NCBI GenBank assembly: GCA_043721755.1
Contig: JAYSQC010000294.1
Span: forward strand, 20,839-84,838
Direction of reading: 5' to 3'
Source: Schlesneria sp.
GTDB taxonomy: Bacteria; Planctomycetota; Planctomycetia; Planctomycetales; Planctomycetaceae
Length of the DNA stretch: 64,000 nucleotides
The notes beneath the pieces are model-generated. The model ran no database searches, was not told the DNA's origin, and was given only the letters and a program-made list of their open reading frames with translations. A program made the translations under genes and the position numbers. Positions 46,524 to 56,197 of this stretch are shown here, piece after piece (positions within the stretch are counted from its first letter, which is position 1; each line of letters opens with the position of its first letter).

Positions 46524-48632
46524 ATGGCCAGACTGCCGTATCTCATTCCCTACGACCCGACGTTTTTGGGCGCTGGATTTTCCGTGCCTCTGCCCGTTCC
46601 CGACGGCAGCGAGGCTGGGCGCGCGCTCCTAACAGAGTTGCTGGGCGAGGGCACCGTCTACGACTACATCCATTATAGCTTGGTTGTGCATGCGGCGCGG
46701 CGCCAAACGCTCTTCACCGCCTGCAACTTGGACGGCGATTTGCAAAAGCAAGCCACACGCGGCAGTTGGAGCATCGATAATCGACTCGCTGATTATCAGA
46801 TCGGCAACGAGGCATATCGCGATACACCCGGCAATCCCAATGCGTGGGACCGCGGACACTTGGTGCGGCGGCAAGACGTCTGTTGGGGCACCACGCGCGA
46901 GCGCGCGAAAGAGGCCAGCGATTCGACCTTCTTCTACACCAACTCGTCGTTGCAGCACCACAATTTCAACGGAGACGAATGGAATCAACTGGAAGACTGG
47001 GTTTTGGAGCGCGTCACGGAGGCGGCGCCGCGGCTATGCGTGCTGACGGGGCAGTTCCTCACCCCCGCCGATCCGTTGACCGTGGTGAATCCTGGCGTCT
47101 CGGTCCGGATTCCCACGGCATTCTGGAAAGTGATCGTCCTCCGTGATCCGACGGCCAACGGCGACGACCTGACCGCCGCTGCTTTCATCATGCCGCAGTC
47201 TGAGGAATTCATGCGCACGTTGGCTGGGCAGGACGCGCCTGTGTGGCCGAAGGAGAAACTGAAAACGTTCCAGGTCGAGATCGCCGATCTGGAGCAATTG
47301 AGCCGGCTCGATTTCGGCGACTTGCGGAATGTCGATGACTTCCCTTGGTCGGCCGTGCGGTTTCGGGCGGAGAAGATGTGGGAGGCGTGGCGGCCGATCG
47401 AAGAACCGGAGGATATCACGTTGGGCGGAACGCGACGCCGACGCGTCGGCGGAGGCCGGGCGCTACGCGTGCTCTCGAATCGCGCGCCGGCAGTTCCCTT
47501 CACGATCGTTGGCGAACCGGTCGGCGATGTTGTGCGTGGACTCGCCCAGTCGCCCGCAGCCGTGTCGCATGACTGCGGTTGCGGAGATGCGGAACCGGTC
47601 GCCCGGCGGGTGGCTAAGTTGGAGCACAAGCTCGAACAATTGGCCGACGTGATTCAGCAGTACGCGCGACAAAAAATCGACGAAGCAGACGAAATTGCCG
47701 ACAAGGTGAAAACCACGGCACTCCGGCCACCGGTCGCCTTTTCGTCGGATGCCGGCCCGACCCTCGATCTACCCGACGGCACGACCGTGACCGGCGCTGC
47801 GGAGATCTCGATCCGCGCGCTCGACATCCTCGCCGAGCAGTCTCGCCGCGATCACGGAAGAGCGGAAGAGCTGTACCTTAATGCGGCTCGTATCGTCGGC
47901 GGCACGCGGTCGGTCACCGGCGAGTTTCCCTCGTGCGTGCTGATCGGCGACGACTCGCGATTCTACTGCACAGGCGTCCTGATCGCCGAGCGGCTCGTGC
48001 TGACAGCAGCGCATTGCGGTCGCGATACGACGCGCATGCTGGCCGGCGTTGTTGATCAAGGACTGGCGGCGGTCAGTTCCGCGCAGCAGCGCAGCGTGGT
48101 GCGGTCCCTGCGGCATGCGGACTATCGGGAATCCCGGTTGCCGTGGAACGACCTGATGTTGTTGATCCTCGATCAGCCGATCGTGCCTTCCGATCTCGTC
48201 CAAGTCGTACCGTTGATGGATCGCAGTGAGCTGCAAGACTTCAATCAGGAAGTCGCCATCGTCGGTTTCGGAAATAACGACGCCGATTCCACCCGCGGCT
48301 TCGGCCGGCAGCGGAAGGCTTTGGTGCGCGTGGCGGATACGTTTAATGCGGGCTCGACAACGCCCGCCCAACTCCGTGAGATTCAGCGCACGAAGGGATT
48401 CAGCGCGCCGAACGAATTTTTCGCCGGAGCGGACAACTCGGGCATCGACACGTGCGAAGGGGATAGCGGCGGCCCCGTGTACGTCCGCGTCGGCAACGCA
48501 TGGAAGTTGCTCGGGATCACGTCGCGCCCGGCCGAAGGCTTCGACGTGCTCTGCGGCGACGGCGGGTTGTATGTGAGCGTCCCGTACTACACCGATTGGA
48601 TTCAAGAAATGCGAACTCGTTACCAAGTCTAG
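46524..48632 (+). CDS. DNA/RNA non-specific endonuclease (NUC/DRGH) fused to a trypsin-like serine protease
   Basis: The N-terminus has WDRGHLVRRQD...NSSLQHHNFNGDEWNQLE. The middle has a coiled coil. The C-terminus has IVGGTRSVTGEFPSC...LTAAHC, NDLMLLIL and CEGDSGGPVY, a complete triad. No signal peptide is visible. Confidence 0.8.
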   Translation: MARLPYLIPYDPTFLGAGFSVPLPVPDGSEAGRALLTELLGEGTVYDYIHYSLVVHAARRQTLFTACNLDGDLQKQATRGSWSIDNRLADYQIGNEAYRDTPGNPNAWDRGHLVRRQDVCWGTTRERAKEASDSTFFYTNSSLQHHNFNGDEWNQLEDWVLERVTEAAPRLCVLTGQFLTPADPLTVVNPGVSVRIPTAFWKVIVLRDPTANGDDLTAAAFIMPQSEEFMRTLAGQDAPVWPKEKLKTFQVEIADLEQLSRLDFGDLRNVDDFPWSAVRFRAEKMWEAWRPIEEPEDITLGGTRRRRVGGGRALRVLSNRAPAVPFTIVGEPVGDVVRGLAQSPAAVSHDCGCGDAEPVARRVAKLEHKLEQLADVIQQYARQKIDEADEIADKVKTTALRPPVAFSSDAGPTLDLPDGTTVTGAAEISIRALDILAEQSRRDHGRAEELYLNAARIVGGTRSVTGEFPSCVLIGDDSRFYCTGVLIAERLVLTAAHCGRDTTRMLAGVVDQGLAAVSSAQQRSVVRSLRHADYRESRLPWNDLMLLILDQPIVPSDLVQVVPLMDRSELQDFNQEVAIVGFGNNDADSTRGFGRQRKALVRVADTFNAGSTTPAQLREIQRTKGFSAPNEFFAGADNSGIDTCEGDSGGPVYVRVGNAWKLLGITSRPAEGFDVLCGDGGLYVSVPYYTDWIQEMRTRYQV

Positions 48633-48670
48633 ACTCGCGTTGCCGCAGGCTTCATTCAAAGGATTGCACC

Positions 48671-49453
48671 ATGCAAAAGAACTTCATGCTCGAGCGTGAC
48701 ACCCTCATGGCTCTCGGCGTGCTCGCGCGGGCGTACGTCGATTTCGACCCGCCAATTTCGACCGCGGCCAAGGCGCCGCACCCCCGCGGTTTCAACGTGC
48801 ATTGTCTGGTGCTAGACAATCGCGACGGCGAAGTGCTGGCAATGGCTCGAAATCAAATTCATGCCGAGGAGGATCCGCTCCAGCACGCCGAACAGGTCTG
48901 CATTCGATTGGCCATGAATCGGCTGAAGGCAAAACGTCCGCGGGCTGCGGGAAGGACTGTCGTCGACTACTACAAAGGCGACCTGTTCATGGAACCGGGG
49001 GTCGCCGAGGAGGATTTCGCTTTCAAAGGCTGCACGCTCTACAACACGTTCGATCCGTGCGGCTTCTGCGCCACAACCTCGTTGGTCTGCTACATGAAGC
49101 GCGTCGCGTATCTCTTCGAGGACAAGAAGTTCAACGGCGTCTATGACTTGATGAAGGAGAAGTATTTCACCAAGCGGGATTCCATTAAAGAGCCGACTCG
49201 CACGGACGAGCAGTCCGCCGGTTTCATCGCCCCGGCGAGCCGGTTGTTGCTCGGCGTGCGGAAGAAAGTGCATGACTTGGAGGAAGCCGGCACTGACCTT
49301 GTCCTAACTCTGGACCACTGCCGCGAGGAGTTGGCGGAGGCCGCAACACAGTTGGCTGAACTGAAGGCTGATCACCTGTCAACGACCGGCCCGGAAGGCG
49401 ATCGCAACCTGCGAACGCTAGAGGGGCTGCAGCGGATTGTGCTCGGGATCTAG
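48671..49453 (+). CDS. CDA-fold (cytidine/nucleotide deaminase-like) zinc-dependent deaminase
   Basis: ATG at 48671. LQHAEQVCI (H-A-E) and FDPCGFCA (PCxxC) are present. Confidence 0.6.
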   Translation: MQKNFMLERDTLMALGVLARAYVDFDPPISTAAKAPHPRGFNVHCLVLDNRDGEVLAMARNQIHAEEDPLQHAEQVCIRLAMNRLKAKRPRAAGRTVVDYYKGDLFMEPGVAEEDFAFKGCTLYNTFDPCGFCATTSLVCYMKRVAYLFEDKKFNGVYDLMKEKYFTKRDSIKEPTRTDEQSAGFIAPASRLLLGVRKKVHDLEEAGTDLVLTLDHCREELAEAATQLAELKADHLSTTGPEGDRNLRTLEGLQRIVLGI

Positions 49454-49979
49454 CGCCGAAGATTTCCCGTGAGGTTAAGAAAACCTGTGTAGTAAAAAAA
49501 CTCAGCCGTGTGCGGTGTACCTTGAAAATCGGGTTTGAATAATTTTCTGCGCCGAATTGTCGGCCCATGGGGCTGCAATCGTGTCGAGGAAATGCGTGCG
49601 AACGGTTATTTTTGTTGATTGGCACATGCTGATCTTCACTCATTCGACTGAAGACGAATGAAGTATGACGGTGGCGTCGCCGTCGCGGAGTGGCGCTCAA
49701 GCGGCTCGGCGATGGTATTTCGACTGCTCTGCGCTCTGGTTTTGGCAACTACGAAACACCGATCAGATGCCGACCGGTGTCACGTGATACTGATCAAGTC
49801 CGGTTTTCGGTGTCATCAGTATCATTTTCAGGGTCAGATCAGGGTCGCCGTCCGCCGATCTGTGTCATCTTCCGCAGGTCACTTTGTCTGGGCGGATGTT
49901 TTGAGATTGCCAACTCTGACTAGACTGCTCGCTTGACCGAATCAGGCACCGGAAGCGTGTTCTTCGCGTCGCGACTGTC

Positions 49980-52532
49980 TTGAAAACCTCTCGAACCTGC
50001 CAGCCCCGGAAGTCACACCGCGTGTCCCCCACAGACCTCAAAACGCTGTTGGAAACCAGAGGAGCAATCCCAGATGCCGTCGTGGTGATGGGCAAGGAAT
50101 ATCGCTTTGAGGGAGACCAAGCGATCGACTCAGGATTGCACTCCGTTGTCTGGAAGGCAAAAGGTCCATATGGGCAGGATCGAGCGATCAAGATTCGCTC
50201 TCATCGTAGTAAGGGGAATCTGCTTGAGACGGTCAAAGCTAGTGAACTCGAAGCATGTAGCCAGTTTGCGAGGTTTGTCGACGCAGACACGATCGACTTA
50301 GATCTCGGTCTGAACGGCGTCGTGAAGGTAGACGTGTTCGTTGAGGAATGGATTCCTGGAATCACTCTGGAACAATTCGTGCGTGAGTCGCCTTCTGCGG
50401 TAACCCCAACGCTGATCCTCGGCTTCGTTTACGACATCTGTACGGCGCTCAACGCCTTGCGAGAAAAAGGGCTGTTCCACGGCGACCTGCATGACCGCAA
50501 CATCTTGATTGCCTCTCCTCCACTCGGTTCGTTGGACCAGCAAAACTCAATACGCATCGTGGATGTGGGGCGGTTGTCAAAAGTCACGGAAGACGATCAT
50601 CTAAGGGATCAATTCTACTTTGTCTCCCACCTCGTGAAACTGTGGAATGCGCTGCAGTCACGACAACGCGTGTCGCGGCGTGATCGCCGCTTTCTCCAAT
50701 ACACTGTCCCTTTGCTTCGCATGATGGTCGAAGACGATTCTGGTGTTGCCTTGCGAGACCCGAAAGCAATCGTCGACCGATTTGTTGACGCATTCTCTCG
50801 AGCTGATCTTCCCGTTCGACGAGAGCGATCAAAGCTACCATCACCATTTGACTTCATCTCGGCGGATCAGATTTCCGATGCGCGCCTGCTTGTTGACTTG
50901 TTCGCAAAATCATGTCCCTGGCTTGAAAAGGTGTCCGGGCCAGACCCCTGTCTTGTGACCGGTCCACGAGGATGTGGGAAATCCACTCTGTTTCGATGGC
51001 TCGCACTCCGAACTCACCTTGAGGCGCATCCCGAACTTCCTTCGTCGCAAATCGAGGGATTGACGGTCCTTGGTTTCTACGTCTCGTGTAGCGCAGATCT
51101 GCAGAACCGTCTGAGTTGGGCGAAATCCGATGAGATCGCACAATCTGCACAATCCTTTCTGGTGCATTACTTCAATATGATCTGCCTCCGCGAGGTCGCG
51201 GTCACGCTTTCACTGATTGCGAAGCGAACAGATCGTGATTCTTTCTGGGGGCTTAGTTCGCACGTTGAAACCCGTCTGCTCGAATTCGTGACAGCAATGC
51301 TTCGAGTTGACAGGCCGCTGCGCTTGGCTGGGAGTAGAAGGATCGACCAACTAGCCGAAATAGTCGACCGAGAGATATTTCAGCTCCACCTTTGCCGTGA
51401 CACATGGCAAGGTGGCACGTTTGCTACCGGAACGGCATTCTTGGGAGACCTTACGACTCTACTGAAGGACACCATTCCTGCGTTTGCTTCCCGTCAAATC
51501 GCTTTTCTGGTTGATGATTTCTCCGTTCATCGCATACACGCCCCCGTTCAAACGATCCTGAACCAAATTATTTGGGAGCGGCGACCAACGCATGTTTTCA
51601 AGCTCTCGTCCGAGAAGCACGGTGCCGTTCTCAACGATGCGTTGCTCGCATCGGCGGAGCTGTCGCGTGAAAGGCTGGAGATCGACTGCGGTAAGGAGTT
51701 TCTGGCACTGGATGACCATCAACAGCAAAAGCGGGCACTCGAATTTTCTCGGGAGCTACTCGACAATCGACTTGCAGCCGCAGGCTATGAAGGTCATTCG
51801 AACAACATCATTGGTGAATCGAATTGGGGGGAAGCGGGAAATCTACAGAAGGCACTCCAGGACACGGCGAGTCCCAAGAATAACCAGTACCACGGCATGC
51901 AGTGCATTGCCCAACTGTGTTCAGGAGATGTGTCTAGCCTCTTGATGGTGTACCGAGCGATATTTGAGGCCGGACATGTGACTCGGACAACGGAAAAAAT
52001 CGTTCCCGCAACCTTGCAGCATCAAGCAATCGTCAAGGTGTCGCGGAGCCTACTGGATGTAGTGAGGACGTACTATCCGCACGGACCAAAGCTCTTCGAG
52101 ATCCTAAACGCATTTGGAACTCTTGTCCGCCAGATCCTTGTCGAGGGTAGGTTGCAGTCGAACGAATCGCCAACGATGGCTCCCCGCATTGAAATCGACC
52201 AAGGTGGGCAACATATCGTGGACGAGCTTGAACAATATCAAAGTGACGTGGCATGGGAACTCGTCCGCCGCGCCCTGTTCATTGAGATGGAATCAGGCCT
52301 GTCTCGTCACGGTCGCGTGACGACCCTTCGCTGGCATGTCCGGCGAGTGTTTCTCCCCGCATTTAATGCCGCGTTGTCCAAGAACGATGCCATTAAACGT
52401 AAGGTGGACTGGCTGCGATGGTTTCTCGATTCACCGAAAGAGGCCACCGACCAGGAATGGAAAGGATGGCCAAAGCGCAACGCCCCTAAACCAGAGACGC
52501 GTTACAGAAACCTTCCGGGATTGGAGGAATAG
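49980..52532 (+). CDS. Protein kinase-like domain fused to a P-loop NTPase (AAA/ORC-Cdc6-like)
   Basis: Kinase motifs are GLHSVVWKA, RAIKI, LFHGDLHDRNILI and IRIVDVG. Walker A is VTGPRGCGKSTLFRWL and Walker B-like is IAFLVDDFS, followed by a helical tail. The TTG start in the track is uncertain. Confidence 0.7.
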   Translation: MKTSRTCQPRKSHRVSPTDLKTLLETRGAIPDAVVVMGKEYRFEGDQAIDSGLHSVVWKAKGPYGQDRAIKIRSHRSKGNLLETVKASELEACSQFARFVDADTIDLDLGLNGVVKVDVFVEEWIPGITLEQFVRESPSAVTPTLILGFVYDICTALNALREKGLFHGDLHDRNILIASPPLGSLDQQNSIRIVDVGRLSKVTEDDHLRDQFYFVSHLVKLWNALQSRQRVSRRDRRFLQYTVPLLRMMVEDDSGVALRDPKAIVDRFVDAFSRADLPVRRERSKLPSPFDFISADQISDARLLVDLFAKSCPWLEKVSGPDPCLVTGPRGCGKSTLFRWLALRTHLEAHPELPSSQIEGLTVLGFYVSCSADLQNRLSWAKSDEIAQSAQSFLVHYFNMICLREVAVTLSLIAKRTDRDSFWGLSSHVETRLLEFVTAMLRVDRPLRLAGSRRIDQLAEIVDREIFQLHLCRDTWQGGTFATGTAFLGDLTTLLKDTIPAFASRQIAFLVDDFSVHRIHAPVQTILNQIIWERRPTHVFKLSSEKHGAVLNDALLASAELSRERLEIDCGKEFLALDDHQQQKRALEFSRELLDNRLAAAGYEGHSNNIIGESNWGEAGNLQKALQDTASPKNNQYHGMQCIAQLCSGDVSSLLMVYRAIFEAGHVTRTTEKIVPATLQHQAIVKVSRSLLDVVRTYYPHGPKLFEILNAFGTLVRQILVEGRLQSNESPTMAPRIEIDQGGQHIVDELEQYQSDVAWELVRRALFIEMESGLSRHGRVTTLRWHVRRVFLPAFNAALSKNDAIKRKVDWLRWFLDSPKEATDQEWKGWPKRNAPKPETRYRNLPGLEE

Positions 52533-52535
52533 TTG

Positions 52536-53648
52536 ATGCCCCTGATATCCCAAGTCAGCATTGACGATGTAATCGCGAACTCTCCAACCGTGGAGTCCTT
52601 GAACGTCGAGTGGCTCCGATTGAATCCCCCAAGCATCTATGTTTGTGCCCAGGGGTTTGAAGATCGCTGCACGGCCATTGCGGCATCAATCTCTGCAGCA
52701 GAAATTCGCCTCCAACGAGTCATCGTCGTCAGCCTGCGGTCAAACAGCGAGAAGGATCAGGAGAATGGACATCGAGTCGTTGAAATGCTCAGAACGCATT
52801 CGGTACACGATCCAGTCTTGATTGATGGAGATGAGTCGGGCTTTCACCTCAGAATGGCCAGCGCTTTGGGTGGCGAATCAAACTCGCTCACAGAGGACGA
52901 CCACGTCCTGCTCGACATCAGTGTCGCCGCAAATCGCGTATGTCTCCGTGCTATTGAATGTCTTCTGCGGCACAACTGTCAGTTGACTGTCGGCTATGCG
53001 GAAGCTGCTGTGTATCACCCGGGACAAGCAGCATTCCAAGATGATGAAGCGGCGTGGATGTCGGAGGACAGCTTGGGAACCGAGAAGGGAGTCGAGAACA
53101 TCAGTCCATGCGATGAGTTTCTAGGTGAACACCTTGAAGCCGCATCAAACGTCGTTGTGCTTCTCCCGAGTTTTCGGCATGAACGAAGCGCGGCTGTCAT
53201 CAGCCACGTCGATCCCGCCCTGTTGATCAATCCGACAGACGACGTGATCTGGGTATTGGGGCGTCCCCATCTGAATCAAGACCTTTGGAGGCGCGACGCC
53301 ATGCGAAAGATCAACAAGATCACGGACGAAGCGAAGGTGTTTGAAGCCAGCACCTTCGACTACCGTGAAGCATGGCGCATCCTCGAGCAGGTCTACAGCG
53401 AATGTTGGGAAGGCTCAAACATTACGCTGTCTCCGCTTGGTTCGAAAATGCAGGCGCTGGCAGTGACGTTGTTTTGCATTCGTCACCCGGATGTTCGCGT
53501 ACTTCTTTCAACGCCTCAGCAGTACAACACGCAGCAATGGTCCGAGGGAGTGCGTGACTTATGGCGAGTCTCCTTTGGCTCCGCGCGTGAGTTTGTGGAC
53601 GATATTCTTCGAGCGGGTACATTGCAGCTTGAGGGCATCGATCTCTGA
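52536..53648 (+). CDS. Unknown 370-aa partner protein, tightly coupled to the kinase-ATPase gene
   Basis: The ATG lies 4 nt after the upstream stop. Alternating beta/alpha-like segments are visible (IYVCAQGFEDRC..., VLLDISVAANRV..., VVVLLPSFRHERS...). I recognise no motif. Confidence 0.5.
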   Translation: MPLISQVSIDDVIANSPTVESLNVEWLRLNPPSIYVCAQGFEDRCTAIAASISAAEIRLQRVIVVSLRSNSEKDQENGHRVVEMLRTHSVHDPVLIDGDESGFHLRMASALGGESNSLTEDDHVLLDISVAANRVCLRAIECLLRHNCQLTVGYAEAAVYHPGQAAFQDDEAAWMSEDSLGTEKGVENISPCDEFLGEHLEAASNVVVLLPSFRHERSAAVISHVDPALLINPTDDVIWVLGRPHLNQDLWRRDAMRKINKITDEAKVFEASTFDYREAWRILEQVYSECWEGSNITLSPLGSKMQALAVTLFCIRHPDVRVLLSTPQQYNTQQWSEGVRDLWRVSFGSAREFVDDILRAGTLQLEGIDL

Positions 53649-55037
53649 TCAGTCGCTATGGCTGCCATCGGGCCACAGGGCGTAGTGGGATCTGGCGAAA
53701 TCCGCAAATGACGGATCGCGTTCGGCGCGGTTCAGCAGCCATCGTTCCCGAAACCAAGCAAAGATATCATCTGCTTGCCGGTCGTAGAATTGAAGACTTG
53801 GACTGTCACCGCGAAGGAATTCAGCAGAATTTGAAGCCGTCGGGACCACGTAAACCTCGCGTTGAACGCCGTGGTAGAGCAGATCCTGATGAAGCCCGGC
53901 GGCATGAATGCACTTCTTGACCACTTCACGTCTGTTTCGGAATCCCGTGCCCCAGAGTTCGCTCTTGGCTGTCGGAATAAGCCGTTGAGTTGCGAACGCA
54001 CGCATCTCGTCGTAGAGACCATTCAGGAACTGAAACTCTCCTGATCCGCGAGTGAATCCAACTGGAATGAACATTGACTCGGATCGAAATTTCAATCGGT
54101 TGTAAAGAGACGAACGTCCAAGAGCGGACGTAGTCGTGATAAGAGCAACTTCGCCGGACCGCTCAGCTTGGCTGATCAAGGATTCTCTGCCGCCATACTT
54201 TTGCTGAAAGCGAGATGTGACCTCGCGACTAGCTGCCAGCATCGCAACGAGCTTCCCACACAGGAGGTGAGTGTAGGGCGGCACTGCCCCAAGAACGAAT
54301 GCGTCGAGTACATGATTGAGTCCAACCCTTCGTTGCTGGGAAGTCCAGCCGATCCAATTGTCTCGCGGCGCAAGCGCAAAGACGGGATCACCGAGACCGA
54401 TTACACCCATCAGTTTGTTATTCGCGGCATCCATGACAACGTAACGGAGTCGTCGACCGTAACCTGACGAAACTGGGATGGACCAGTGCAAGCAGGCATA
54501 TCGAAAGAGGAGTTCTTCAGTCGATCCCGGCAGGACTTCAATCAGTGCTGGCGATATCGACTGCGGCAAAACCTCATCGCCATTGGCAATCCATTCCAAC
54601 AAATCGGATTCCTTTCGGCCAAGGGTGCCACGCGCAATGTCACGTTTGTGGGCAACCGCCTCTGTATGAAGTTGTCGCAACCGATCCTTGTCCGTCGCAT
54701 CCGGAAACACGAGTCGGCCACCGCTGAAGCGGAATCCCTGCCTTCGGAGTGACTTTAGAATCCGAGCACGAATGATCCTTCGTTTGTCACCAGAAATCGC
54801 AGCAATCAACTCATCCCTGTTTCCAGATGCCGGAAGGTCGAGCCGCAGTGCCAGTTGTTGAAGTTCCTTGCCCGGCAAAGTGTCGAGAATTGAAGGGAGG
54901 GTGCATTTGCGTGCCGATGCGACAGACGTGAGTAGGTCGTGCTTTTTCTTCCCCTTCAAATCAATGGCGCAGTGCTTTGCGATCTTGGCCAACTGGCGAA
55001 CCGACAACGCGGAGAGAACGGCAATTCGAGATCGCAC
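53649..55037 (-). CDS. DUF4338 (DruA-like) protein with two N-terminal SAP-like motifs
   Basis: GRRLRYVVMDAANNKLMGVIGLGDPVFALAPRDNWIGWTSQQRRVGLNHVLDAF...KYGG resembles the DUF4338 core as I recall it. SAP-like segments are LSVRQLAKIAKHCAIDLKGKKKHDLL and LQQLALRLDLPASGNRDELIAAI. The start appears to be GTG. Confidence 0.55.
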   Translation of the reverse strand: MRSRIAVLSALSVRQLAKIAKHCAIDLKGKKKHDLLTSVASARKCTLPSILDTLPGKELQQLALRLDLPASGNRDELIAAISGDKRRIIRARILKSLRRQGFRFSGGRLVFPDATDKDRLRQLHTEAVAHKRDIARGTLGRKESDLLEWIANGDEVLPQSISPALIEVLPGSTEELLFRYACLHWSIPVSSGYGRRLRYVVMDAANNKLMGVIGLGDPVFALAPRDNWIGWTSQQRRVGLNHVLDAFVLGAVPPYTHLLCGKLVAMLAASREVTSRFQQKYGGRESLISQAERSGEVALITTTSALGRSSLYNRLKFRSESMFIPVGFTRGSGEFQFLNGLYDEMRAFATQRLIPTAKSELWGTGFRNRREVVKKCIHAAGLHQDLLYHGVQREVYVVPTASNSAEFLRGDSPSLQFYDRQADDIFAWFRERWLLNRAERDPSFADFARSHYALWPDGSHSD

Positions 55038-55810
55038 AGCGAATTCACCTTGGTTTTTCAGTGGTTACATTTGGATCGAATGCATCATGCTTGGGACAAC
55101 ATTATTGCGTAGGTTCGGATTGGGCAGCTTCCTGCGAGCGTGGCGACCTGATTTTACCCAACCGGCATGCGACTTGCGAACCGCTCCGTGCGCAAACACC
55201 AGTGAGTCTTGCAAAATCAACTGGCTTCAGAGACATCACCGTGTCATGGCACCTGTGAAATATAGCGTGCCAGCATTTTTCCGCGACTTTGGGGCAAGTT
55301 CTTGACATTACTCAAAACTCGGCACAAAGATGACATTCACCCAAGCCGCTACTGGGCAGTGGAACCCAGCCTGTCGGCTCTGTCATGCCAGACATTGAAG
55401 CCAACTCGATAGGCATCTCTGGGGTACTGAACAAGGCCATTTGGTCTCTGGCCAAACCAATCGAAACCCGTACTCGAGCCGCGCCGAGTCCGCTTCAGAT
55501 ACGATTCTTGGAGCTTCAGTTTGCTAGCCCATCCCAACGCATCGAGTGCCTCTCCGTGATCGGGGGAACCTCGACGGATTGCGGATCACCTTTCGCAGTG
55601 GGCTGAACTGTGTGATCGGTGAGCGGGGGCCAGCAAGACGATGGCGGTGGAGTTCGTCGGCTATGCGCTCTATGCACTGCCGCACCGGGAGCGTGCGGCC
55701 TCCAAAGCCGAAGCTCTCTCTGCGGCTCGTCGTGTTGTCTGGTGACACCGGCGAAACATCTCCTTGATTCAACGTCATATGTGATGTATGATTGGGCAAG
55801 GAGATTTGTT

Positions 55811-56197
55811 ATGACGCGCCGCCAACCCCTCTTTGAGAAGCTTGAAAGTCGCCGCCGCGAACTCGGACTCAGCCAGTCCGCGTTAGCCGAACTTAGCGGT
55901 GTTTCTCTGCCAACAGTTCAGCGGATTCTCACTGGTCACAGCCCAGCCGCAAGCTTCGAGAATACGGTTGCCATCGCACAGGCAGTAGGAATGCAGTTGG
56001 ATGCCGTCCCGATCTTCCCAGTCCAAGAGATTCTTGAGCAGCAGGCCCGCAAGAAGGCTGAGCGGCTAGTTGGAATGGTTCAAGGAACGTCGGCCTTGGA
56101 GGCACAGGCGGTTTCCGCCCGGCATCTCGGGCAAATGATCAAGAAGACTGTGCAAGAGCTTCTGGCGGGTTCACGCCGCAGACTTTGGGCGCAATGA
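55811..56197 (+). CDS. Mobile mystery protein A (XRE-type HTH)
   Basis: RRRELGLSQSALAELSGVSLPTVQRILTG is present, and the stop overlaps the Fic gene start as ATGA. Confidence 0.7.
   Translation: MTRRQPLFEKLESRRRELGLSQSALAELSGVSLPTVQRILTGHSPAASFENTVAIAQAVGMQLDAVPIFPVQEILEQQARKKAERLVGMVQGTSALEAQAVSARHLGQMIKKTVQELLAGSRRRLWAQ

Noticed and set aside
47769-48659. 296-aa minus-strand ORF
   Set aside because: It is antisense to the trypsin-like domain, which has an intact catalytic triad on the plus strand.
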